DNA of 57,775 nt, filler included, from Ionaspis alba (taxonomy: Eukaryota): assembly GCA_964255285.1 (NCBI GenBank). It is 2 parts of 2 records of this genome, joined end to end, with 100 filler letters (N's around TTAATTAATTAA, not from the genome) between each part and the next. Parts side by side here need not be neighbours in the genome. Positions count along the whole stretch, not along the records: positions 1 to 29,006 come from CAXUUL010000124.1; 1 more part is not named here. One strand, 5' to 3'. The notes below the pieces were generated by a model. It saw only the letters and a list, made by a program, of their open reading frames with translations. It had not been told where the DNA came from and did not search any database. The position numbers and the translations under genes are program-made. Positions 1-12,516 of the stretch are shown here, one piece after another (the first letter of the stretch is position 1; every line of letters starts with the position of its first letter).

Positions 1-779
1 GCTCAGCCGGTATCGCGTCAACCACCAAGCGCTCCACGGCAGGCGCAAGTATGGTCTCATCAAATAACACTGTATCTACCATCAAAACCTCGGAAACCTC
101 GACGCATGACAACAGCGTGTTACAAGCCGATTACTCATATGGCGTGATGGCCAGCTCATTGGAAAGCGCAAGCGCAAGTTATCTACCGTCGTTCAGATCG
201 ACAGCTTATCTGACAGAATCTGTGTATGGACCGGGGTACTTGCACATAAAAACGTGCTACGGAGATCACCAGGCAACCGAGAACACTCTGGCCCTTTTTC
301 TCGCCTGTAGTTTGCATGATCGCCTGCTTTTGCGAATGCTTGCCCAACGCATTTCAGACCAAGGATCAGCAATTGTCTTGAATCCAGGATATGCTGTTTA
401 CGGAATACTTTGCGAGAAGAACAGCTGTAGTATCTACAGAATGATGATCCAAGAACCGATGAACAAGAGTCAAAATAGTCCTGTCGTTTACGAGATGTTG
501 CGTCTAGCAAAAGTGATAATGAAACGAGAGCAAGACGTCGCACTACTCCGCGATTGGATCAATTATATCCATATCTTCGGCGCCGCAATTCATCATCGGG
601 ATGTTCTGGCTGACGCGCGCGTGGTGCTATCCAGGCCCAAAATTCCACGGTGGGAAGAGGAAAGTGAGATCGTCTTTCACTACAACCGTGATACCAAGCC
701 ATCAAAGGACTCCGAGCCTGGTTGGAACATCAATCCTGTACCGAAGGATGAAAGTGATGCGCGACTAAACAGGGCTTAG
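1..779 (+). CDS. Hypothetical protein, probably 5'-truncated by the window edge
   Basis: Frame 3 is open from position 3 through the ATG at 51 to TAG at 777-779. A Ser/Thr-rich N-terminus is followed by a globular-looking region (…LLRDWINYIHIFG…). No family recognised. Confidence 0.55.
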   Translation, partial: SAGIASTTKRSTAGASMVSSNNTVSTIKTSETSTHDNSVLQADYSYGVMASSLESASASYLPSFRSTAYLTESVYGPGYLHIKTCYGDHQATENTLALFLACSLHDRLLLRMLAQRISDQGSAIVLNPGYAVYGILCEKNSCSIYRMMIQEPMNKSQNSPVVYEMLRLAKVIMKREQDVALLRDWINYIHIFGAAIHHRDVLADARVVLSRPKIPRWEEESEIVFHYNRDTKPSKDSEPGWNINPVPKDESDARLNRA

Positions 780-2219
780 GACTTATGAGGTCGAGGAAGG
801 TTGAATTCATGAGCGTGCCTTTGATATTGTTTACAGTCGGCATTCAAATCGTGTTGCATCATCGAATGTTTGATGAGAATCGAGTATCAAGCTTCCTTAA
901 TTGATGCATTAGTACCCTGCTACACGATTGTTCAAAGACTGAAGACATGGATCTTCCTCGCTAGAGGGGTAGTTCCTTATTCATACAACCCAAACGTTAT
1001 GCCGAAACCACTTCTCGACTCGGTCGTTCATGTAATCTATCAATACTGCACAGCGCGCAGAGGCAGTGATAATACAGACTGCGCTTCATCATTCTGCCAT
1101 GGTTTGATGACAACCAACCAAAGATCCAATGGCGCAGCATTAGAGCGCAATAAGGAAACCACTAGAATGAGTTGGTGCTAGTGCAAGGCAGTAGTTATCG
1201 GCTCCTCCCCTAAATGAATACTTGTCGTAATAATCTTACATCGCAACAAACTGGAAAGGCAGAGCAAAACGCGAGAGCGATAATCGAAGACTACCACTCA
1301 CCGCAAGCGCCTTGTTATTAGATTCCCGCCAGCTGCTATCTATCTGCTGCTGGCTCCACCTATCATTGCTTCACCGGCCGCCTGCCCCGCCCGTCCAGAT
1401 CGTTCGTTACTTTACTTCTTAGCTCGTGGAAGGGTGGGAGCAGATCAGATCAAACAAGCAACATCAATAATCCTCTGGCCCTCTTCCCTGGTAAGCTTTC
1501 CCTTACTTCCTCCTCCATTCGTTGCCACGTCACATGGTCCCGTCGTTTTGTCGCAGCCCCTTCTTCGCTCCTGCTGCCGGTGCCGTTGCTACTGCTGCTG
1601 CCTCGTGCAGAGCCGGCGTGGACAGGAGGAGATAGACGACCGACCACCTCCCGAGTGCCACACAATTCCCTATTCCCCCCAGTCCCTTTGTTTGGCTCTA
1701 AGGCCTCCTGGCGCGCATACTTTGGGGCTCCGTACATTATTATTACTATTGTTGCTGCCCTCGGATTGGCTTGCCTTCCATGGAGGCCACTCGGTGCTGA
1801 CTACTATGGAGTTTGAGTCGTGCGGTACCAGTCCTGCTGACAATCCCGATCGCCCCGAGCACGTTCCATTTCAGGTCAGTTCTACCCAAGGTTGCTGCTA
1901 CTCCTCCTCCCCATCCCATGCGGCTCTGCGTCACCTCTCATATCCCTCCATCCTGTATGAATGGTGTCGCTGTCGCTTCGCCGTCGTCCTTGCAGTGTAT
2001 GGCGCGTCGTTGCCCTCATGGTCGTCATTGCCTCCGCCCGTGCTAAAGAAGACTGTCTACCTTTGGCGCGTCACGATCTAATACATTCTCTCTGTTCACT
2101 TGAGCCGGCCGACGCGAACCTTACACGCCTGTTGACCGAGCTCCGAGTGGAAGTCTGTCTATCGCAATGATGCTGACGAGTGACTTCGAACAGATGGGTG
2201 GCCATAGCGACGTATCGAG

Positions 2220-5200
2220 ATGAGTATGCCAGCTTGGCCTAACGACGTACCCACCGTCGCCAACAATGACAATGGTACCTTCGACCCGTCCATGGCGTTC
2301 ATGCAGACCCCGACATCCTCCAACTTCGACTTCAACCCGCTACCGAACCAACAATTCCAGCAGCGAATGCAAAATGGGAGCGTGCGCAATGCGTCCCCCG
2401 CCTTCCACAACGGGGCTTATCAGACCCAGCCAACCATTCCCGCCAAGAGACCTCGAGCAGGAGGAGACTCGTACGGAGCATCGCCGGGACAACATGCTGG
2501 AGGCCTCCCAGCATCGCGATCGCAGACACCACAGCAAGGGCCATATCCCGGCTTCCATGGTAATGCGAATGGGTCACAACAGGTGCAACCTCCTACGCCA
2601 TATCAGCATCTACAACAAGGCGGATCCAGCAACGCCAGCCCCTCCCCTACGCTGCAAGATCCGCACTTCAATCCTCAGGCAATACCTCAGCGAATGCAAA
2701 CAGCCTCTCCGTCGCCGTTCTCATCTGCGACTCAAAACTTTGTACCACAAGCCTCTCCTCCAAGATCGGATTATGGAAGTCGGGTAGACAACCTACAGAA
2801 CGGAGTCCACCCTTACGGACAGGGGATGGTTTATGGAGGTCCGCCAATGCAGAATTTGACCCCACCACCAGGATCAGCTTATTCAGGAAACCATGGCAAT
2901 ATGCAGCCCTCATATGCACACAATCCTGCTCAATTTCAACAACAACAACGCTTATATGAGTTGAGACAACAGGAGATGGTCCGTCGCCTCGCTGCGACCA
3001 ACAACGCAGCACAACATCGCCACCAAGGCAGTGGTCTGAATCCCGCCGCCGGTACTGCAAACCAAATGGCGAGCTACCAGCAAGCTGTCCGGGCCCAGCA
3101 GATGCAGACTGCGATGCCTCGATCAGCAAATCCAGAACAATTTATCCAAAGCCTTGCTCAATTGATGCATCAACGGGGTATGCCATTCAATCCTAATCCT
3201 GCCATTGGCGGTCGCCCTCTCCACATAACGCAACTCTACTCAATCGTGATGAAATATGGAGGCTCCAAAAAGGCCACAGCATCGGGGTCATGGCCTGCGA
3301 TTGCAGCCGCATTACAATTTCATCCCGTGCAATATCCTACTGCAGCACAGGAAATTCAGGGCTATTGGAATGCAAATCTCGCACTCTATGAACAGATGTT
3401 CTGGCAGAACCAACAGCAGCAGCAGCAACAGCAGCAGCAAAGACAACGGTCGATGAATCTGCATCCTTCAATGACACAGCCGACACAAGGTGAAAGTCCG
3501 ATGCACATGCGAGACCAGTACTCTCCAGTCAAGCAACTAGGATCTCAGGCTCAAGATGCATCCACAACGACACCGGTAAGGCGAGAGTCGGCAGGCGGAC
3601 ACCCGACGCCTACGAAGCGAATCACACCTCAACCAAGTGACGCCCGACAAACACAGGTGAACGGGTTTTCGACACCTCAGCCAACCCGAATGCAGAATCA
3701 GCAGCAAAACGCGTTCCCGCCCCAAGCCATGTTAGCTCTCCCGCAGCAGGCTACTCCGACTCGTGCACAGCAGGCCTCTTTTCGACCATCAGCTGCCACA
3801 AGCGCAAAGACAGCCACGCTGACGGTAGCAAAGCCAGTACCTGCAATCCAAGACAACCCACTTACAAGTATGCCCCGACTGATCAAGAGAGGCCCGGTAT
3901 ATCAAGTGCTGTTTCGAGACATCTCGAACTATGAGACAGATAACGGAGGTGTGACTCATGGCGGCGTAAATGTGGGTGTCTTTGAAAAAGCCACCAATGA
4001 ACTCGAAAAATACAGACCTGATGTCCCCAAAGCCGCTGACCTCGGAGTGGTGGATCTTCGAGCACTTACCATGAGCCTCAGATGCGGAATACATTCTGAG
4101 GTACGACTTGCTCTCGACACAATGGCTGCACTTTGCGCTCCGGAAAGCCGTCAAGCCGGTCCAGAAGCCTCGGAAGACCTGATAGAGGCCCTGGTCGAGT
4201 GCGCTGACGAACAAGTGGAACTTCTGGCGGAGAATGCTGCTGAAGTCTCTGATGTGATGCTCATCAGTCCTTATGAGGACGTAGTGCGAGGTTGTGTGTG
4301 TGAAACGGAAACCTTGCAGGAAATCCATGAATTCGGCACCGTGGAATACGATTTAGATCGAGCGGTCGAAAGGTTGATTTGTGTCACTACCGTTATCCGG
4401 AACCTTTCGTTCTCGCCCGCCAATTTCTCTTTGCTCGCGGATCCTGACGTCGTCAAATTCATGACTACTGTCATTCGGTATCTCGGCACCCGAAACATGC
4501 TCCTCCGAACATACCGGAATACTCTCGACTTTGCGAAAGACATTGTCATGTACCTGAACAACGTTTCACAAGCAATCGAGCTGCCAGGCAAAGAAGAGGC
4601 CCTGTGTATCTTACACTTTCTTATATCTTTTGCGCCTTGTCCACCACCAACCGTCCCGGGCAACGAGACTGTGATGTTTTCGGGCTACATTCCTGCCATC
4701 CATCGCTATCTTCCTCCGGCCGTTGATAGTCTGGCAAAGATCTTGACACGGGATGAGCCGAACCGGGTCTACTACAGATCCATATTCGCAGCGGATGGTT
4801 CGTCCAGTCCACCTTACGATCTTTTGACACGAGCCTTTGCGTTGGCCATTGCTCCTCTACCAACCAATGTCAACGGAACTCTTGAAGTGGTTAAAGCGCG
4901 GAGACCATACCTCGCACAAGGTTTCCTTGCGGCTGAAATACTGGTGACACTCATCCCGACTGCCGAACACTCACTCGCACGTTCCTGGCTCACTTCTCAG
5001 GACGGCTTCTCTAAACGTCTGCTAAGACTAGTCTCTTTGATGAGTATCGAGCGCCCCCCGATTGCTCAAGTACATCCCTCGACGCGACAGACGATAGATC
5101 CAGATCCCGAAACCTACGGGATGATAACGAATCATGCCATAGCACTCTTACGAAAGCTCGCGGATAAGGCCAAAGATACCGATAGTCTAGACGGTGGCTT

Positions 5201-5312
5201 GCCTCTGGGGATTTTGCCAAAGAGGAGTACTTTGCTCGAAGTACTGAAAGCCAAGGTCATCGATACCAACGTCCTACAACAAATATGCTCTTACGCTCAG
5301 TTGGAGAGTTGA
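2220..5312 (+). CDS. SWI1: SWI/SNF chromatin-remodelling subunit Swi1/Sol1 (ARID domain protein)
   Basis: 1030-aa single ORF. Q/P/S-rich N-terminus, then an ARID/BRIGHT domain (EQFIQSLAQLMHQRGMPF…LYSIVMKYGGSKKATASGSWPAIAAAL…YWNANLALYEQ). C-terminal armadillo-like region (LGVVDLRALTMSLRCGIHSEVRLALD, VTTVIRNLSF) typical of fungal Swi1. Confidence 0.88.
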   Translation: MSMPAWPNDVPTVANNDNGTFDPSMAFMQTPTSSNFDFNPLPNQQFQQRMQNGSVRNASPAFHNGAYQTQPTIPAKRPRAGGDSYGASPGQHAGGLPASRSQTPQQGPYPGFHGNANGSQQVQPPTPYQHLQQGGSSNASPSPTLQDPHFNPQAIPQRMQTASPSPFSSATQNFVPQASPPRSDYGSRVDNLQNGVHPYGQGMVYGGPPMQNLTPPPGSAYSGNHGNMQPSYAHNPAQFQQQQRLYELRQQEMVRRLAATNNAAQHRHQGSGLNPAAGTANQMASYQQAVRAQQMQTAMPRSANPEQFIQSLAQLMHQRGMPFNPNPAIGGRPLHITQLYSIVMKYGGSKKATASGSWPAIAAALQFHPVQYPTAAQEIQGYWNANLALYEQMFWQNQQQQQQQQQQRQRSMNLHPSMTQPTQGESPMHMRDQYSPVKQLGSQAQDASTTTPVRRESAGGHPTPTKRITPQPSDARQTQVNGFSTPQPTRMQNQQQNAFPPQAMLALPQQATPTRAQQASFRPSAATSAKTATLTVAKPVPAIQDNPLTSMPRLIKRGPVYQVLFRDISNYETDNGGVTHGGVNVGVFEKATNELEKYRPDVPKAADLGVVDLRALTMSLRCGIHSEVRLALDTMAALCAPESRQAGPEASEDLIEALVECADEQVELLAENAAEVSDVMLISPYEDVVRGCVCETETLQEIHEFGTVEYDLDRAVERLICVTTVIRNLSFSPANFSLLADPDVVKFMTTVIRYLGTRNMLLRTYRNTLDFAKDIVMYLNNVSQAIELPGKEEALCILHFLISFAPCPPPTVPGNETVMFSGYIPAIHRYLPPAVDSLAKILTRDEPNRVYYRSIFAADGSSSPPYDLLTRAFALAIAPLPTNVNGTLEVVKARRPYLAQGFLAAEILVTLIPTAEHSLARSWLTSQDGFSKRLLRLVSLMSIERPPIAQVHPSTRQTIDPDPETYGMITNHAIALLRKLADKAKDTDSLDGGLPLGILPKRSTLLEVLKAKVIDTNVLQQICSYAQLES
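3411..3440 (+). repeat. CAG/CAA trinucleotide repeat encoding polyQ (Q10) in SWI1
   Basis: caacagcagcagcagcaacagcagcagcaa directly after the ARID domain. Confidence 0.9.
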
Positions 5313-5623
5313 GTAAGTAACGCTGGATGGCACATACGAGAGCCTGTCTGAGAACAGAATTCCTGTTCGATAATATACCCCTGAAATTTATCTTGTCTTA
5401 CTAGACACTCTACGGCGTTTCTGGACAAAGGATAGAAAAATTGGTGTTTGCTGTGGATAGTGTGCAGCAGGATGGATAGCAGCTGGAAACGTTGTCTGTA
5501 GCGGTCATAGGACACCTTGTATAGATATTTGGCTCGATAATGTACAAAAGTCCCCATGTTTGCCCCTGACACCTGTCTGAACCAAGTGAACCTTCCGTTC
5601 AGGCATCCGAACGAAATGGTAAT

Positions 5624-6155
5624 TTAGAACTGTCGCTCCTCAAGAAATTTCATAATCTCTGCCCTCCGCTTTCCCTTTTCGAGGGACGTTAGCACTTAAC
5701 ATAATTCTGTGAGTCTGGCTCCTACCTTCACTATCACCTGCCGCGTCAATTGATTGACAGCGACCTGTTCCTTCTTCAAGTCGAACGCTGCTTGTATATC
5801 GTCTCGAAGATCGCTAAGACTGCCGTCTATCTTCCGTATTCGAGTCTGTAACAAGTTTCCTCCGCGCTTCGTGGTGTGGTAGACTGGAAGTTGCTGCGAA
5901 GCTGTTCGGTGAACGAAATATGGCAGCCTCTGTGGTTGTGATGTTGCGGGTCCCGAGACTCGGGAAGATGGCTCATTGGGAACGGCTGAGGATATTGGTG
6001 AGCCTGATGGCCATACCAGTCAAGGCAGAATACGTACAAGCTGGCTCATGTCGTGGAAGAGTTGTGGATATCCTTCGGTAGATTGCTCTCACGAACGTTG
6101 CTCGTGGAGCTGGTAGTGGGCGCAAGAATGGGAGTATAGAGTAAGAAGAGGACAT
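5624..6155 (-). CDS. IMG2: Mitochondrial large-subunit ribosomal protein mL49 (Img2), 3 exons
   Basis: Manual splice with introns 5986-6037 (GTACGT…CAG) and 5675-5725 (GTAGGA…GCTAAC…AAG). Product: [31 protein letters not shown] (presequence-like)…[35 protein letters not shown]…[27 protein letters not shown], which matches the Img2/L49 pattern. Confidence 0.88.
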
Positions 6156-6392
6156 CTTCAGGTAAACCTCGACTCGACAAGCTCCAATCGTTTTTCTAAG
6201 ATGCAACCAGCCACGACCATCTTCTACTTGCATACCGTTGGCGAAAATCGAATCTCATCGTCGGTCAGGGATATTCCTAGCGTGATTTCACTAGTGTCCG
6301 AAATCTTGGCACACATTTCGGAACTTCATAGCATCGCGGGACTTGAACATCTACGCCCTCTTTCAGCGTACACTCAACGGCTCACCTTGAAT

Positions 6393-7869
6393 ATGACAGA
6401 CAACGCACCGGCATCAGCAGGGGTAATGCTGAATGGAGCTGCTTCCCAAGCTCATGGTACTCTGACAGAAGTGGCCCAAGAATACGACCTCCTCCCAAAA
6501 CTCATCCCACATTTTGACCGGCATTTAATCTTTCCCCTGCTTGAATTCCTGGCCGGCTTACACGATGACCTTACGGAAATTAACAAGATCAAATATGACC
6601 TTCTCAAACCCACTAACATGACAGATTACGTGAGCTCTCTGTGGCAGGAAATCAACAATAGCGACGATGTGCCCGAGGAATTCGCCAAAAAGCGAGAGGA
6701 GGTATTGCAGAGGCTGCAGTTATTTGGAGAAGAGACAAGTCAGTTAGAAAAGCTTTTGAACGATGACGCGGTGGTCTCCAATCTCCGCAGCGACAAAGTT
6801 GCCAACTTGAAGTTCCTTGAGCAGCAACACGGCGTGACCATTCAAATGGTGGACATGCTGTATGACTATGGCCGTTTCCAGTTCAACTGCGGTAGCTACG
6901 AAAACGCTGCGCATCTGCTTGAACAGTTTCGCATTCTGTCGACCGACAACGACAAAGTCTCGGAAGCGACTTGGGGTAAATTGGCTTCCGAAATATTGAC
7001 AGCGAATTGGGAAGTTGTCATGGAGGAGATCAACAAAGTCAAGGACTCGATAGAGACGAAGCTTTTCAACAACCCTCTTGCACAGCTGCAGCACCGAACA
7101 TGGCTCATCCACTGGTCTCTCTTCCCGTTCTTCAACTACGAGCCTGCACGCGACATCATCTGCGAAATGTTCTTCACTCCCGCCTTCATCAACACCATCC
7201 AGACCAACTGCCCTTGGATCCTTCGCTACCTAGCGGCCGCTGTCATCACCAATAGAAGCCGAAGTAGAAACACGGGACAATATCAGAAGCAGCTGAAAGA
7301 TCTTGTGCGGATTGTCAGACAGGAAGGATATGAATACCATGATCCTCTGACAGACTTCATCAAAGCACTGTACATCGACTTCGACTTCGAGGAGGCACAG
7401 AAGAAGCTGACAGAGGCGGAGGAGGTTCTGAGGGGGGATTTCTTTCTGCTCAATTGCGCGGACAGCTTTGTTGAGTCTGCGAGACATCTCATCTCGGAAA
7501 GCTATTGCAAAATTCATCAGAGGATCGATATCAAGTATGTAGTATCGAAAGCAGGAGAACCGCCCCGGTATGACGCTCAGACTAATAACTTTTGAACAGG
7601 GATCTTTCCGCACGTTTAGGGCTCAACCAAGATGAAGGCGAGAAGTGGATTGTCAATCTCATTAGAGATACAAGGGTGGATGCTAAGATCGACTACAAGG
7701 CTGGTACGGTGTTGATGAACCATCCACCACAGTCGGTCTACCAGCAAGTCATTGAGAGGACGAAAGGCGGCTTTTTCCGGACTCAGGTTCTCAGGTGTGT
7801 ACATGCTACTACAGTATTGAGCGCGTTGCCGCCTGCTGACTTGGTTTTAGTGCGGCTGTTGCAAAATAG
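6393..7869 (+). CDS. INT6: Eukaryotic translation initiation factor 3 subunit E (Int6), 3 exons
   Basis: [24 protein letters not shown]-terminus, [21 protein letters not shown] and a PCI domain. Introns 7535-7599 and 7795-7850. Ends TQVLSAAVAK*. Confidence 0.95.
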
Positions 7870-8480
7870 ATAGTGGCATTCTTAGCATGGCGTTTGGTAG
7901 GGGCATAGGATCTTGGTTGCACCAGGGGCAGTTTGTCATGTAAGCTTTCTGACGATCACAAAGTTCGTGGAGATGGTAGTTCGGGGAACATCGCATCATG
8001 GTTTTCGGCCATCTGACCTACGGAGATGACATCTCGCCGAGCAGCTCTTAGACAGTTGCAGAAAAAATAATGCATAGCCCTCTACGGCTTTGTTTGAACG
8101 TTACGAGAATTTGATCTAACTCAGCTCTGAACCACAGTCCAGTTGGCCCTCGTGGACTGTCCTGTGACTTTTGTACGATATCAAAATATATGCCACCATT
8201 GATCGACCGTGAATTCTACACAACAGAGGCACAAAGAGATCGACAGGAAAGGGAGTAATCAATAGGAAGGAATCAGCTTTCGACTAGGGTATCTAAGATG
8301 AACGCTATCTACCAAACTGCCTTAGAATCCTCTTATAAATGTATCCGTCTTTCGGAGAGGGCTATTATCGTTGTTCAGGTGGAAGGCAGAACAGTCTGCC
8401 TAGTCCTACCAGTGCAAGCTCCATGCCGATTCAAGCTCGCTCTACTATATCGATCACTGAAGCGTCGGACAACTTGACAC

Positions 8481-10059
8481 TTAAGAAGATGTTCCCAGCA
8501 ACTCCTTCAACACCTGTATCTGCTCCCTCACAGCAGCTTTGCTCGTACCTCCAATAGCATCCTTCAATTCCACTGCCCGCTCATAGTCCAAACAACTCTG
8601 CACATCCTCGTCAAACCTATCATCCACTCCCTTCAGCTTCTCTAGATTAAGTTGGTCCATCGGTATACCTGTCTGCTCTGATAATGCAACCACTCGCCCT
8701 GAGATGTGATGGCCCTCTCGGAACGGCACTCCCTTGCGCACCAGATAATCCGCTATCTCCGTCGCTAGCATCTCCGGTGCCAGTGCAGCAGCCATTTTCT
8801 CGGGCTGTGTGGCAAGTGTCGACAGCACGCCTGTGGCTATCTGTATGCTGTCTCCAACTGTCTTGATGTGATCCAGTAGCGGCTCCACACTTTCCTGCAA
8901 GTCCTTGTTGTAAGTCGTCGGCAGTCCCTTGATTGTGCACATCAATCCAGCCATCTGCCCGAACGCACGGCCCGACTTGCCTCGCAAGAGTTCCAGACTG
9001 TCTTCGATGTATCAGCTCTATATGGCTACTTCGAGCAGGCAAGAAGGGGAGAAACAAACCGGGGTTCTTTTTCTGCGGCATTAGTGACGATCCTGTCGAG
9101 TATGTGTCCGACAATCTGACATATCCAAATTCCAAGCTACTGTAGATGATCAAATCCTCCGCCCAGCGCGAGATCTTGACCATGAACGCGCTTCCCCATT
9201 GCAAAGTCTCGAGGACAAAATCTCGATCGGCAACAGCGTTCATGGAATTGTACATGAGACCATCGAATCCAAGCTCCTTTGCCATAGCCTTGCGGTCGAT
9301 GTTGAAGGGGTTTCCAGCCAGAGCGCCGGCGCCGAGCGGACAGCGGTTGACACGCTTGGTCACTTCGCGGAGGCGTTCGAGGTCGGAGGCGAAGGCTGCG
9401 GCGTGCGAGAGCAGCCAGTGCGACCATCGGATCGGTTGCGCTTTCTGGAGATGGGTATAACCCGGCATCTATGCGTTGAAGGTTATCGTGTGGCACTCTA
9501 GAGGCTTCCAATTGGACGGGAGGCGCCTCTCACGATTAAGCCAATGTCTTGTTCTGCACGGGCGATTGACACTTTGAGAAGATTCGAGAGATAACCTTCC
9601 AGCTTACGAAGCTCGTCCCGGAGCCACAATCGCATATCCGTAGCTATCTGATCGTTTCTCGACCGACCTGTGTGGAGTTTCCCTCCAATCTCTTTGCCAA
9701 CGATCTCGCTCAATCGCCGCTCGTTCGCTGTGTGGATATCCTCGTCGTTTTCTTTGACCATGAATTTGTCCGTTCGCCATTCTTCTGCGACCTGGTGAAA
9801 GCCTTGCTCGATCTTGGAGAATTCGTCGGAAGTGAGGATTCCTGTCTTGATATTTGCGCGTGCGAAAGCTATGGAGCCCGCGATGTCCTGCCGCCAGAAT
9901 ATTCGGTCGTAGGGGAGGGATTCGTTGTATTTGACCATCAATGGGTCGAGCCCCTCTATTTTTACATTAGCCGAGTACATTGAAGCAGCCGGTGCCACGC
10001 ATACTTTCAAATCGACCTCCCCAGAGCATGTTCTCTGCAACGCCCTTTTCTTCTCCCAT
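8481..10059 (-). CDS. ARG4: Argininosuccinate lyase, multi-exon
   Basis: Motifs [40 protein letters not shown] and the fumarate-lyase signature [13 protein letters not shown], plus YNKDLQE. First intron 9956-10004. Confidence 0.97.
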
Positions 10060-10451
10060 CTTGTCTTATCAGGGCAATTGCGAGCTTGGGTCAGATGCTC
10101 GTAGCAGACAATTCCAACATCAGAGGATAGTGAGCTTAGCGAGGGTGAGCTTCAAGATTTTCAGACCTTGCGAGGACTTCACCACAGGCAATGGGTGGAT
10201 AAAATTATGTATCACAATCAAAACAGCTGTATGCGAGACGTCACAAAATCTTCGCTTGGCGAAGTTCAATCCTCGTCACGGCAGCAGCGTCGGCTTAATA
10301 TAACGTTACCATCATTCTAACCTGTGCCCCCACGTCTGCCGCAGGTTACAAGATGTGGGTAGGCAGACTTCTTTGCCAATATCAACGCTGTAGTCTTTTC
10401 ACTGTACAGTTCCGTGGGAGTTGAAAGGCCGAATTTCAATAAACAGCCTCT

Positions 10452-11591
10452 ATGGCGCCTACTCTACCCTCCTTTAACCCCGCTAGACTGCGGTCATATC
10501 TCTTTCGCCTGCCGCTTTTCACACGCATAGTTTTGCTTCTGATCGTTGTCTTCTGGATACTTGAGTTTCAGTCCGCTTGGGACATAATAGGATGGGGAGG
10601 TCTAGTTCCCAAGAAAGTGGGCTTCACCACCAGTGAGTTCCTTCCAACTCACGGGAAGGGGCAGAAGATGGGGCAGTCTGCGGCCGGCGTATCTCTGCTT
10701 CGAGACTTTTCACTGAATGTCGTGATCGTCTTAGTGTACCGCCTGAACACCTATCCGCTTATCCACATTAATTTCCTCCATGCGCTTCTCAACGCTTTCG
10801 CTCTCGTGCCATTGATGGAGAGATTCGAGGCAGAGCATGGCACGCTACTGTCAGCAGCCATGTTCACTGGACGTACGTGCCGCCTTACGCTTCTGAGGAG
10901 TAAGACCGGGCAGGCTTTCTGATGTTGGTATAGCGCTTTCCACTTTCCCCGCCGCAGCATATCTTCTCATAGAAAGAGGCATTCTTAGAGGCAATACTTC
11001 AGTACAAGGCGCAAGGTACGAGCCAACAGTGCCTAATCACATACAGCTGTCGCTAACATTGTCTCAGCGTCTGGGTGTTTGCGCTACTGGGCGTCGAAGC
11101 AATAAAGGCGTATAGATCGAATCCTTTCTTTAGGTATCAACCCCTGAGCATATTTCTAGCAAGCGACTAGCTCACGACGATCTCAGCATAAGCACATATC
11201 GAATACCCACGTGGACTACACCTCTCATCCTCCTGGTCTTTGTTACCGCGTTGGTGCCGAATACCTCCTTTCTTGGCCATTTGTGTAGCCTCGGAGTTGG
11301 CTATATCTGTATGTCACCAGAAGAGAAGCGGTCTGCGTGCGATAGCTAATACGTTACGCTCTACCAGACGGGTTCGGATATCTCAAGTTATTAGCTCCTC
11401 CAGAGAAAGTCCTCAGATGGATTGAAGGGAAATTGAATCTACTTGGTAGGCTTCCTCATTACGTCTCGGTAGACCAGAAGACCTTCGGCAGGTATGGAGT
11501 CTTACCGAGTTCTGCTGCTTCCTCCGCAAGACTGGAGGAGGGCTCGATCCCTATGACATATATGGGATCGACACAGCGCCTAGGACCTTGA
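10452..11591 (+). CDS. RBD2: Rhomboid-family intramembrane serine protease (Rbd2-like), multi-exon
   Basis: RLPLFTR; YRLNTYPLIHINFLHALLN…ERFEAEHGTL; catalytic GAS|VWVF split by an intron at ~11016-11067; FLGHLC; ends TQRLGP* at 11589-11591. Confidence 0.88.
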
Positions 11592-12516
11592 GCTGTGGGC
11601 CTTTGCTTGCTTTTAAAGCTATCTTGCTGGTATGGCAAAACAATTCACAACCTAAAGGCTTGGAAGATTGTGTAAGCCCAGCAGGTATGAATGGATGAGT
11701 CAGCCGAATTGGGCGTCCTCTGGATATCCCGTGTCACTCTGCAGAGCAGAATAAGGCTTCAGAATGTGCGCGTAGCCATGTAGACTTTTTGTTTTATATA
11801 ATAATTATCCTCCACAAAACATCTGGTAAAGCCAAAAATGCAATCTCGAGTTCTACATGTATATATGAGTTTCTTGCTTCCTCTATCGCTCCATATCAAA
11901 ACCATATAATTCATTCTCACTATTCCGAAGTAAAGCGTGATAATACGATCGAGCAATGATTGGACGAGAGCCTATAATATAGCTGGTAACCGTTCTGAAG
12001 GGATCTGCACGTCAAATCTCGGTAGCGGGCCGCCTAACTACCACCTATTGTTGGTGTGTGGCTGATCAATAGGAGCCGCAGATCTTATTGAATCGGATCT
12101 GAACCATGGGCCCTTATTGAAAGGGAAAGCTTTATTGACTGATTGCACACATTCATTGGGGCTAGTACGTATGACTGCCCTCTTGATTCTTGAGACGTCT
12201 TCTTTGCTTCATAAACTTTATACATTCTCCGGCTCAATTATCTGACTCTTGGATTTCTGCGCCTCCTTTTGTCTCGTTGAAGCAAGACCACTTGGTGAAC
12301 GAGTTCACCTCCATCGAAAGTGCTAAATACATCAAATTTGTACCTCTCCTTTCTTGCTCTGATTGTTTGCCTTTTGTGCTCTGTCCCTTGGTGCGCTTGC
12401 TTCCGTGTTGTGGTTCTTGGGCTGTGCCTTCCACGCTGTGGCTGTCTTTCTTCGTCGCTGGGCTGCTTGTCTTAGTTGGTACCTTCGCTAAGCGTCTTGA
12501 TTCTCATCAGAGAACG

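Noticed and set aside
1434..2081. 215-aa ORF upstream of SWI1
   Set aside because: GTG start and low-complexity Cys/Leu runs from simple repeats. More likely leader or intron sequence.
6201..6392. 64-aa N-terminal extension of eIF3e in the ORF track
   Set aside because: It lies in the short IMG2/eIF3e divergent promoter and is not eIF3e-like. ATG 6393 is the more plausible start.
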